From Vezdaea acicularis (taxonomy: Eukaryota), in the NCBI GenBank assembly GCA_026025075.1, contig JAPEUI010000077.1:62001-85167 (forward strand): a DNA stretch of 23,167 nucleotides, given 5' to 3'. Shown one piece after another: positions 11,384 through 22,606 of this stretch (positions within the stretch are counted from its first letter, which is position 1; each line of letters begins with the position of its first letter). The notes below the pieces were generated by a model. The model searched no databases and was not told the DNA's origin. It saw nothing but the letters and a program-made list of their open reading frames with translations. Both the position numbers and the translations under genes were made by a program.

Positions 11384-12081
11384 GCGTTTCCGACGCGATG
11401 ATGGTTCTCGGGCAGTTGCTTGTTCGGATTGCTTCGATGAAAACAAGTGATTGTGAGCTTGTCAGTATAGCGAACTGGGTTTTGCGAGGTCAGGAACGTA
11501 ATCGCCGATGCATTGGTTGACGGTCAATCTAAGTTCATTTTAAGGTCAATCTAGGGAGACTGAAGTCAGTATCCTGCACTAAGCCAAAGGGAGCCTCCGC
11601 TATGCCCGCGTTTCCGCCTGGATAATGCCATGGACAAGCTAGCTTGCATGGTGCGCTGTTGTTAGTCACACCCTCCATTAGGCGATCAGAACGTCTCCTT
11701 TGGGGGGTAATGCCTGGAATAGTGCAAGGGCTCCATTCTAATTGGATGCCAGGAACCAGCTGTTCCCACTGACCTAAACGAGGCGCATACCCTGGTCCGA
11801 GAAAACCATAAGCCACAAGGTCTAGGCGCTTCCGGCCCTCTGCATACGATAGGACCCTTAGCGAGGCTGAGATATGCCATGAGAGACCCCTCCCCCCTGA
11901 CAAGGCTAGAACGCGCCTCGAAATCATCCATTATTGCTCTCAGGACAATGCTTCTTAAGCCGGAAATATGAGTGAGGTTTGACCATCACCCTCCCCTGAG
12001 CAGATCACCGGATCGTCAAATTCTGCACCAATACCTACCGGTTTAGCTTAAGTTTCACTGTGGCCTCTCTACAATCATCTC

Positions 12082-15000
12082 ATGGAGTCTGAGTCGCATT
12101 CGGATCTGCATGGCGAGAAGGAGAATGCTCAACCAGAGGAAGGCTATAGAGGAGACTCAATTCCGGGGAAGCATGATAAGTCGGACGATGGATTAGTGGA
12201 AGAAGACGGCTCTCCAACTCTGCATGAGGAGTACGTGCCATCAGTTGAAGGCCATAGCGGGGCCTCGGCTCCAGGGGAGTACGAATATTGTGGTGAAGCC
12301 GCAGCGGAGTGCGTACCGTGCTCATTACAAGATTTATTATGGCCTGGCTAAAATGACCTAGCATCATAGTCGTTCACGGTCTCGCGTCAAAATACTCTTG
12401 GACGTGGTCCGTAGATGCAATAGATGAAGCAGGCGAGCCTTATCGTTATCATTGGCTCCGAGACAAGCTTCCCAGCGATATTCCGGATGCTCGCGTTCTG
12501 GGATTTGAATATGGGTCGGAATGGTATGGAGACCCGGTTCATACAGACTTGGAAGAATGTGGGGCGCAACTTCTCCGCTGTATTGTCCGAGACCGTCGTC
12601 ATCGAGGCCAACTCTTCATGTGCCCAGCGAGAGTAAGAATGAGTTTATCCCATGCAGATTTTTCAAACGCTAAAATCATATACAGCGGAAACGACCTATC
12701 ATATTTATTGGGCATAGCTTTGGGGGTCTCGTCGTTAAACAGGTAAGATATAAACTCTTTCATTAACCTTGAGCATTTATAGCACATCGACTAATGATTC
12801 ATCAATCTACAGGCTCTGATCTATGCCAGTCAAACTCATGCACATGGCCGTGATCGTGCTGAGGAAGCCGAGTATCAAAATTTCCGAGATGTGCTGGCCT
12901 GTGTTACTGGAATTCTCTTTCTCGGTACACCGCATCGTGGATCTAACTTTTCCCTCCTTGGTAGGATGAAGATGGCTGTGGGGTCGATATTCGGAGTCTC
13001 AACTGCGCCAGAATTAGTGACCGTCCTAACTTTGGATTCTATAACACTCGCTTATCTACAGCACGAGTTTGACCGTTTGCAGAAACACGAAAAGCTTGAG
13101 AAGCTACGTATATACTGCTTTTATGAGGGCAAAGAGATTTCAGTTCCTCCAATGCTCGTTGTCAGCAAGGACTCAGCTTGTCTGGACCGTGCCGAAGTAA
13201 GAAAGCTACACGCAAATCACATGCAGTTGAACAAATTCCGTAAGGGTGACGACAAGAACTATGAAATAGTCCTTTCAGACTTACAGGATGTGTTCGAAGT
13301 CTCTTCGGAGACAGTTCTGAGCCGGTTTGCATCTTGGCAGTACAATGCGGACGGCTGCGACTCTAACAGAGAAGGTTTGCGACGATGGTTGGCCCCTTCC
13401 CGTCGACCCCAAACTATCCAGCTGCAATCAAGGCTAGCAGAACAGCAGTCTGCTCCATACACTTGCCAATGGATTCTTAGCCTCGACATTTTCTCGAACT
13501 GGCGGAACTTTGAAAGCCGTCGTAACGTATTATGGATAAACGGGAAAGCAGGGTCGGGAAAAAGCGTAATGGCGGCGTTTCTAATCTACAGCCTTCAACA
13601 TAACTCCGCATCGATCAAATCCGCAGAACCAGAAGACGAATACGTTTGTACGGCGCCCTTGACCGGGAAAACATGTGAAGTCAAAAGAGTCTCTCCTAGT
13701 GTCCTGTACTTCTTCTGCGGTGTTGACCGTTCACATGAAGATTCAACGAGTTTCATAGGAACCTTGATACATCAATTACTCTCCGACCATGGCGAGAATC
13801 AAAGACTCTTCTCGTTGGCACGCGAAGTGCAAACTAGAAATCTGAAGGGTGCCAGTGACGAAGTCTTGTGCCGATTGCTTGAGGAGCTTGCCTCTGTTGT
13901 CGGTCCTACATTGTGAGTTACCCCTCCATTTTGAGGAGACAAGGTCGAAGCTTATCAATCTAGCATCGTAATTGATGGCCTTGAAGAAAATACGACACAT
14001 TGGAAGAAGTGCTTGAACGCGCTATCTGCTTTTGATGGAAAGAAGAACATCAGAATTCTAATACTCAGCCAGGATATAGAAGAAATTTTTCAAGCGCTCC
14101 AGTGGCATTTCCGCTCCCCTATTTCTTTCTCAATCACCAACTATTCTGGAGACGATATCAACAAGTTCGCCGAAACCAAAACAGCAGAACTAGTCCTGAA
14201 AAAGCCATACTTGCAAGGGAAGGAGCAGGATATCGTAAGCACACTGCAGAGTGGTGCACAAGGAATGTTCCAATGGGTCAATGCATCTATTGACGACTTA
14301 GAGGAGGTTCTTAGTTCTGAAGAAGTTGAAAGGAGCCTTAAAAATCTTCCTTCTGGACTGTCTACTTACGCCAAGTTGTTTGACCGCATCAATCTTAAAT
14401 CCGAAGACAAGATAGAGCGGATCATGACAGCTTTGAGGTGGTTGGCCGTATCAGCAAGACCTCTAACAGCTCTGGAACTGACAACTGCGATAGTTCTAGG
14501 AGAAAAATCGGAGAGAGATGCCTTGGAATGGATCTTTAAAGCTGACCATGAGGATGCTCAACTTGCAAAGGAAATTCATGCCTTGCTTGGTTCTCTTGTG
14601 CAAATCGATCTCGACGAAACAAATACACATTGCGTCCAATTGGCACACCCCTCACTACGGATTGCCCTCACGACCTACGGGGCGCCAAAGAATGAAGCTG
14701 CTCTTTCATCCTTCAAGTTTTCTGCAAATAGTGCGCATCGGTTATGCACGCAATCATGCATGCTTGTCTGTTCCAATTCTAGCTTCTCTCACGCAAACGC
14801 GTTTGGGACATCGCAAGCACCCTTGATAGGGTATGCATGGGACTTTTGGGCATACCATTTCAGGCTGTCATCCGGTTCCTTTGATGACGGTGTCTTGGCC
14901 AGACAGTTCAACAGGATGATCGCAGGGGTAAGTCGCGACACTGTGGCACTTTTAGGCGCACTAGCAGATTTTGCAAAATCCCCTCTTGACCCAGTACCGG

Positions 15001-17093
15001 GTGTCTCTAACGGCTTGGCGTGTCTCGTATCGTTGCAACATGCTCGAGAGTCTCTTCTGCAACCAATAAAGGATATCAGAGCCCTTCGAGTCCAGTTGCC
15101 TGTTGCTCCTCAATTACATAAAGCAAGGCAGACTATTCCAGATCCCGCGGAAACCACATACGAGTCCACTTCCTTCAAAGAGTACAAAATATGGGCTAAA
15201 TGTCACTATTCTAGACTGCGGATCCGATATCTGAAAGATCAGTCCGCAGTCAAAACCCTTCGGATCTCAGATCTAATGGCTCGGAACCCACAGTGGAGAG
15301 AAAACACTTCTGAGACTGCGAAAGTTCTGTGGGATGCTGCGCAGAACCTCCGACTCGTAGCGCTGCGCTTTGCAGTTAATCCAGTGTATGGTGCTCTTAT
15401 AAGGAAAGCGGGAGGCACCACCTTCTCACCAATACACCCATTGGTATATGCGGCGTTCCTGTTCGAGGAATGTGGAAATTATCCATACTGGCCACATCTT
15501 TCATCCAGCGTTGATGTCATGAGTCCTTTCATTTGCGGTCCTGATGATCCCTTACACGGGCCTGCCAAATTCGTTCTTCATTGCTTCGAATACCGCAATC
15601 AAAACACTCAAAACGATGCGCGTACTCCCACCCTTCCAAGGCGTCCTTCGCTGGCAATGGCATTTAGGATGCACCCACGGGGAATAGGCGCTCATTACTC
15701 AATCTCAGCAGAAGATCGACGGCGAGTTCAGCAGCTGCAAGAAATGCCGGGAAACCGATATATCGAAGCTTCTGTGGCATACCACATGTTTGAACCACAA
15801 AACGACCTGGCCAAACTCATCACAAATCCATTTCGAAATTTCCACATGCAGCGAAAGGTGCTCATGGAGTCGGAACAGCTGCCGATCATGGGTTATTTTG
15901 AAGACGCTCAAGCTGTTCTAGCTCGGCATGCACCAGTCAATGTTCTTGAATCGCCAGTCGCGGCATACCTTGGAGCAGTGCCTCAAATGCTTCGCCTACA
16001 TTTTATTGAATTCATGAAGAATGTGCTGGAGATATTTGGAAAATTCACGAAGCAGGCGCTTGCTGCCCATATCGCACGCCTAGAAGCAGCAAAGGTAGAG
16101 CTCAGGGGTGTCAAAGACTATGTCAAGAATGTCCTTGATCCGCAAAATCCGGTCAAAGTGTGGCATCTATTTCCTGGCCTGGTTCTCTACTGGTTACGGT
16201 CTAAGTATATTCCATCCTTTGGGGCACACTATCTTGCTCATCCATGGTGGAGCTTCATCTACGCTTTCAAACATCCTGCTGCTTACCTTAACTTGCAAGA
16301 CATCCCGGGATGGAAATTCTGGTTCAAACACGCCGTGAATTGGGGTATCAACCTATTTCTCGGCTTGTCTGCTGTTGGCATGGGTCAAACCATGGGAGAC
16401 ACTCCTATTGGCCACGGTGCCAACATCTATGGAATGTTCTTCATGATTACTACGCTTGAGCGAGCTTTATTTACGATATGTTTTGTCCTTGCGACGATAT
16501 GTGCCACCAGTATCCTCTTGTTCATCGACGCAGAGACAGCTGCTGGTATATTCAAGTTCAGCTTCGCCTATTGGATCAACGTCTTTGTTGGCCTAGTTCT
16601 AGGCGCAGTCGGGTCTGGAACACTTCAACATGCCTCACAACTCTGGCATTTCTTCCTCTTATCCATGTTACAGGTATTTATGATCTGGATGTGGATATAT
16701 TATCAGGTTCCGCTGTGGGGTGTGGTTAAGCGCGTTTTGTCTCCCGTCGTCTGGCCAGTGTGGCTCGTCCTGCGTGCTGCTGCGCAGAATTATATTCCTA
16801 TTTTGCGGACTTCGGCGATAATATTGTTTGTATATCTGCTGCTCCTCGCGATTTATTGGACACACAGATGGATGTGGGACCCTTTTGATACGCAGGCGGC
16901 CCAGTCTATGATGTACGAGGCCTCTCGCATTGCACAATCGACGATTGGCCAGGATGAGATGAAACGGATCGGAAAATTCCCTCTTGGTGGCCTTATCGAA
17001 AGACCCAGGGAAGAACCAAACCTACATGGTACTACCAGCGAAGGCGGTGACGCGACGACTGTGATAAGAAGAGAAGCGCTCCGGACAGAATAG
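12082..17093 (+). CDS. NLR-like protein: SesB-like alpha/beta hydrolase + NACHT + C-terminal multi-transmembrane region (~1594 aa, 5 exons)
   Basis: Exons 12082-12308, 12362-12632, 12686-12742, 12813-13912 and 13964-17093 total 4785 nt and stay in frame. Motifs: DIIVVHGL, WLRDKLP..ARVLGFEY, RPIIFIGHSFGGLVVKQAL, FLGTPHRGS, ANHMQLNKF, Walker A WINGKAGSGKS, Walker B FIVIDGLEE, AQGMFQWV and ALRWLAVSARPLT. Several hydrophobic segments lie at ~16160-16870. Confidence 0.88.
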
Positions 17094-18212
17094 GATGGCT
17101 CTTGAAGATTCCTGCCGCGAGACTGGACCGGAAAAGACAGTGTTATAGACGGTGCAACTGAAATCGTGAGGACATAGTGGCGCTTCAGCCACGATATCGG
17201 CTCGTTGTACGACGGGACAGCTTGAAGTGAGTTCGAAGGTTCGAGGTCATATTCAAGGAAATTGCGTTTATTAAGGACCACCTCAACATGCCTAGCCCTT
17301 TTACGAGTACATATAATGGTTGAGGCTCTCCTATAGCTGATAGGACCCGCGCCTTCGCTTCTTGAAGTGCGAGGTTGAACGTGGCAACAGGGTCCTTCAC
17401 ATTTTGGACTCATAAGACGCAATAGCCCAATTATCGCTTGAAAAGGGGTTGGTAAAGCTATTCTAAAAAGTCAAACGCCAGGGGAAGCTCCACAGAACTA
17501 CCCTCGCATTCGTGGCCCCGCATGATCATGGGACTGTAAGGGTTTATAGTCACAACGCCTCCGTCAACCGAGACGCATGTACTTTCCCTTACCATCCTCT
17601 TCACGAGTTTGAGATGGATTGGTCCTGTCAACGACCAACCACCTGATCTAGCAGTTTTCAATGTAGACTTGGGCACTACCGTAGTACCAAGCCTTGAGCG
17701 GAGCGAAGGAGACGCGGAAGTGCTGCGGGAGAGTTGCTAAATTTCAGATATGCTAGCGTAAAAGCTTGCTTCATCTGGTAGTTCGGCGCCGTCACTTGAG
17801 AAGTCAAGGAGTAAGGGTCGTGGCTGGGGTTCATTGAAGGATTGAACATGATTAAATGTCCGAACTGCGCGCTATTCGTTTCTGTGCTTTGATTATCTGT
17901 TACTGTATATCTCGTCATGTTGTGAAGACCAAGTCCTTTATATTTGTTCCAACCTCTGTTCAATGAACTGTGACGCCAGCTTCCTTGAAAGAGCGAAGCC
18001 CTTCGAATCGCATCTGATTAGCCCCTATCAATGACTACATGAGCGAGTCTCATATCACAAGGCTGAGAAGTGCTAAAAATAGACCTTGTCCATATCTGTC
18101 ATCGGCAAAGCGATCTCAAGGCAATCAACTTGAAGGTCCCCTCATTATCTACTAATCTTCCACATGCCTTCAGCATCTCACGCTTTAATTTGGGAGCTCT
18201 CGCCTAACGAAG

Positions 18213-21200
18213 ATGGTAGGACCGTTGCCCCTGAATGGACATTTCATGAGCTTACTCTGTCGCTAAAAAGGCTGGGTATGAAAAGCCGCAAGGGTACCTC
18301 GTTCAAGTCCATCCGAACTCTGGCTCTGACTGCGATCCTGCTGATGGTGCTGGGAGCACTATTCCCAAGTATGCTACTATATTTTGGGTTTGAGCATACT
18401 CCTTACATCAATTTAGCATCATCGCCGTACATGGGCTCGGAACGGAGTCTCCGGGAACATGGATCGCCTCGGATGAAACCACAGGAGAGACGGTGAACTG
18501 GCTAAGTGATAAGGAGATGCTGCCGAAAATCGTCCCCTCCGCTAGAATATGGACTTTCAACTACGACTCGCAATGGCTATCTAACGCACCTGTCACTCGG
18601 CTTATTCTAGTAGCAGAGACCTTGTTGACTATCTTGCAAGACAAGCTACTACCAAAGGCACGTTATATGGGTTGTTCTAAACTATAGCTAAATCTGAACA
18701 GGATTGCAAAGCACGGGAACCATTGATATTCATCGCTTCTAGCTTTGGCGGATTGGTCGTAGCGCAGGTAGGCTTTTGACGGGTTATTTCTGTCGTAGAC
18801 ACGCTGAAAGTAGACTGTGGAGGCACTAGAGAGAGCAAACCAAGCTGTAGGCCCGTGGAAAGATCTTCTACTATCCACAATCGGTGTTATTTTCTTGGGA
18901 TCGCCACTTCGTGGCACGCCACATGCAGGCGCTGCAAAATGGATAGCTACAATTGCAGGAATGCTTGGACATGAGCCATCCTCCAGCTTGATTGAAGATT
19001 TGGACGGAAAGTCTGCAGTGCTGGATGAACTTCTTTACCGGTTTAGCCTTATGGCTAACGAGGACTGGTTGCGACTCCAAGTCCGTTGCTTCTTTGAACT
19101 GCACAAAACTCAAGTCTTCAATTTCTTCCGCAAAGGCCCCCTGCAATATACGTGGCTTTCGTCCCATACTATGGTGCAGGTAAATGATCATAGACTTCAA
19201 CTTCGAGACGCTTACTAAACCCTTCAAGGTGGTCGATGAAAAATCAGCCTGTATCGATGGATTTCCAAAGTGGGGACTTGAAACCTCACATATGAAGATG
19301 AACAAATATCTAGGTCCAGAAAACAAGGGTTTTGTGCTTGTATCAGGTCGTGTGAAAGAACTCATAGACAAGGCACCGAGCTTGCTGCGCGCCAGACAGA
19401 ATCGTACGTTTCTATTTCCGCTCGGGGAAAGGAGCCGAGGATGGTGATAAGCTCTGACGAGGTAAATTTTATTAGGAACGAGACCGATCAGCTTCCTTCC
19501 TTTCCCACAAAATAAAGATCTAGTGTTTCGAGAGAGCATATTCCACGACTTGGGCAAGAAGCTGCCTTTCGTATCAAGTTATCAGACTGCGGCTCTTTGG
19601 GGACTTGGAGGATCGGGGTACGCATACCTACTCTCCAGATGTAGATCCCAATCTGACAGTTCCTAGAAAAACTCAAATTGCACTTGAGTATGCCTATCGA
19701 AGGCAAAAGGAGTGTGCGTGCGCTGTATGCTGGGTTCACGCTGGTACCAGTGCCCGATTTACTCAGGATTATGCGAAGATTGCTAGATTGGCTGGGGTAT
19801 CTGTTGAGTTGAAGGGGGACGATCTACTGCACGCAGTCCGCCTATGGTTTGAGGAACAGAGTGAATACCTGCTCATACTTGATAATGCAGACCTTCTGGA
19901 TCTCTTTAAGAAGCGAGCCGATCGGCTTGTTCCTGAAGACAACCCCCGTGACTTTCTTCAATTTGTTCCCCATGGATCTACTGGCACAGTCCTCTGGACA
20001 TCAAGAGACTCTGGTATTATAGGTCGCCTTGTCGGTGTTGCGGACGGGATCGAGGTTACTCAGATGGAAGAACCAGAAGCCTTGAAATTACTAAGAACCC
20101 GTAGAGGTATCATCGGAGGTAAAGAACTTGCTGCTACGGCCGAAGAGAGCGAGCTGCTTAACCTTCTTGACAAAATTCCGCTCGCGATCGCTCAAGCAGC
20201 TGCCTTCATGCGTAGGACAAGAGAGTCAATTAAAGAGTATGTTGAAAAGCTTAGAGACGCAGAACGGGCCCCAAAGCGTCTAGAAAAGGAGTTCGACGAC
20301 CTTTACCGAGAGTCGAACGTCCCAAATAGCGTCATGAAGACCTGGCGTGTATCGATGAAACAAATAGAAATTGAAAATCCATGTGCTGCGAGAATTATGT
20401 ACACCATTGCTTTCTTTGACAACCAGGGGGTCCCCTTCGAGCTTGTTCAAGAAGCAGCAGGGCCCGGTGTAGACGAGGATGACGCTCTCGAAGCGGTCAC
20501 CAGGCTTACAGAGTTTTCATTCTTGCAGCTTCGGATTACTGACGCTGACAGCCTGCGCAAGTACGATATGCACAAACTCGTACAAACAGCAACTCAGCAA
20601 TCTACGGCCACTGCAGCCCAAGTAAACACAGAATCTCCATTCTCAAAGATTGCTCTTGATATAATGGGAAAGATGTACCCAGATGGAACGTATGGGACCT
20701 GGGATCGATCTGAGTCCTACTTACCCCACGCTTTGAAAGTGACCTCTTGGCAACAAACGCAAGAGTATAAAGTCTCTATCGCCATAGTTTTGTCCAAGAT
20801 CTCCATGTATCTTTTTATGCAGAGCCGATCAAAAGAAAATGAAAGAGTTATTGAAAAGGCGTTGGAGCTGCGAAAAGAGGTCCTCGGGGAGAAGCATCCC
20901 GACACTCTATACAGCATGGCAAGCTTGGCGGCGACCTACCACCAGCAAGGTCGATCGAGCGCGGCGGAAGAGATCGAGATACCGGTGCTGGAGCTGCGGA
21001 AGGAGGTCCTCGGGGAGAAGCATCCCGACACTCTGGACAGCATGGAAAACCTGGCGGTGAGCTACCACCAGCAAGGTCGATTGACTGCGGCGGAAGAGAT
21101 CGAGATACGGGTGCTGGAGCTGCGGAAGGAGGTCCTCGGGGAGAAGCATCCCAGCACTCTGCAGAGCATGGCAAACCTGGCGGCTACCTACAACCAGCAA

Positions 21201-22118
21201 GGTCAATGGAGCGCGGCGGAGGAGATGCTAGTTCGTGTGCTGAAGCTGCAGAAGGAGGTTCTAGGGGAGGAACATCCCCACACTCTGGACAGCATGACGA
21301 GCCTGGCGGCGACCTACAACCAGCAAGGTCGATCGAGCGCGGCGGAAGAGATCGAGATACCGGTGCTGGAGCTGCGGAAGGAGGTCCTCGGGGAGAAGCA
21401 TCCCGACACTCTGGGCAGCATGGCGAGCCTGGCGTCGACCTACTGGCAGCAAGGTCGATCGAGCGCGGCGGAAGAGATCGATATACGGGTGCTGGAGCTG
21501 CGGAAGGAGGTCCTCGGGGAGAAGCATCCCGACACTCTACACAGCATGGCGAGCCTGGCATCGACCTACTGGCAGCAAGGTCGATCGACTGCGGCGGAAG
21601 AGATCCAGATACGGGTGCTGGAGCTGCGGAAGGAAGTCCTCGGGGAGAAGCATCCCGACACTCTACACAGCATGGCAAGCTTGGCGGCGACCTACTGGCA
21701 GCAAGGTCGATCGACTGCGGCGGAAGAGATCAAGATACGGGTGCTGGAGCTGCGGAAGGAGGTCCTTGGGGAGAAGCATCCCGACACTCTGGGCAGCATG
21801 GCGAGCCTGGCGGCGACCTACCACCAGCAAGGTCGATTGACTGCGGCGGAAGAGATCCAGATACGGGTGCTGGAGCTGCGGAAGGAGGTCCTTGGGGAGA
21901 AGCATCCCAACACTCTGCACAGCATGGCGAACCTGGCGACGACCTACCAGCAGCAAGGCCAGTCAAGCGCGGCGGAAGAGTTGCGGATGCGGGTGCTGGG
22001 GCTGCGAAAGGAGGTTCTAGGGGAGGAACATCCCGATACATTGCAGAGTATAAAGGATTTAGGAGTGACACAAGAAGCATGCAACGATACTGATGATTCT
22101 GAACCACCAACTCAATAA
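18213..22118 (+). CDS. NLR: SesB-like alpha/beta hydrolase + NB-ARC + TPR repeats (~1180 aa, 8 exons)
   Basis: Exons 18213-18215, 18271-18368, 18417-18657, 18702-18767, 18814-19179, 19229-19403, 19476-19617 and 19667-22118 total 3543 nt and stay in frame. Motifs: NIIAVHGLG, VNWLSDKEMLP..ARIWTFNYDS, IFIASSFGGLVVAQ, FLGSPLRG, Walker A LWGLGGSG|KTQ, Walker B LLILDNAD, LWTSR, IPLAIAQAAAF and YDMHKLVQ. The 5' exons are less certain. Confidence 0.9.
20862..22065 (+). repeat. Tandem array of 126-bp (42-aa) TPR units, 9 complete + 1 partial, high internal conservation
   Basis: The unit LELRKEVLGEKHPDTLxSMAxLAxTYxQQGRxxAAEEIxIRV is repeated with near-identical DNA (GTGCTGGAGCTGCGGAAGGAGGTCCTCGGGGAGAAGCATCCC). 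Confidence 0.97.
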
Positions 22119-22606
22119 CAGAGGCGATTTAGATAGCAGCTCTTTTGCTTCATCTTCACTTTCGTCTTCTGTAACTTCTACATCCGCTTCTGCTTTCGCT
22201 TCTCCTTATCAATGCGTATGTAGGCAAAGCGATGACATCTGAAGTTAACATAGTAAACCATCGTCACGAAGGAAGGAAGGTAGGAAATGAAAGAAACGAA
22301 AAAACGACCCTCAGCTCACCTACATAGAAAAAAATTGGATACCATCACCCCACAAGTCTAACTTCGAACAAGTGAGCAAGTGGGCTAACGAGCCGCCTAG
22401 AAAATCACATCCGTACTCCTGAACAGCCCTGTCTGTTTAAGAGATGTGCCTGGGAATATCACTCGTGCTTCGAAGGGTAGCTGGTGCCCTACCCACGTGC
22501 AACAGCTCCGTGATGCTTGGATGTGGTGGCTGTTGCCGATGATTGTGACGCTGATGGGATAAAGGGGGTGGGGCGGTCTCGAGGTCAAGGTTACCAAAAA
22601 CTACCA

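Noticed and set aside
10935..11450. 171-aa plus-strand ORF
   Set aside because: It is an antisense shadow of the DUF6601 gene with no recognisable features.
17185..17963. Short minus-strand ORFs between the two NLRs as a possible small effector gene
   Set aside because: Multiple stops, non-ATG starts, and no convincing splice model or motif.
18164..18496. 110-aa ORF with apparent TM segment
   Set aside because: It overlaps the spliced 5' exons and introns of the NB-ARC gene, whose other frame gives the conserved IIAVHGL motif.
20839..22110. Long alternative-frame and antisense ORFs (e.g. 21206..22093, 21184..21678)
   Set aside because: They are by-products of the GC-rich 126-bp TPR repeat.
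12082..22118. Amyloid signalling motifs (HRAM, sigma, PP) linking NLRs to neighbours
   Set aside because: No N/Q/G-rich pseudo-repeat is seen at the NLR N-termini or at neighbouring C-termini. Both NLRs carry their effector domain in cis.
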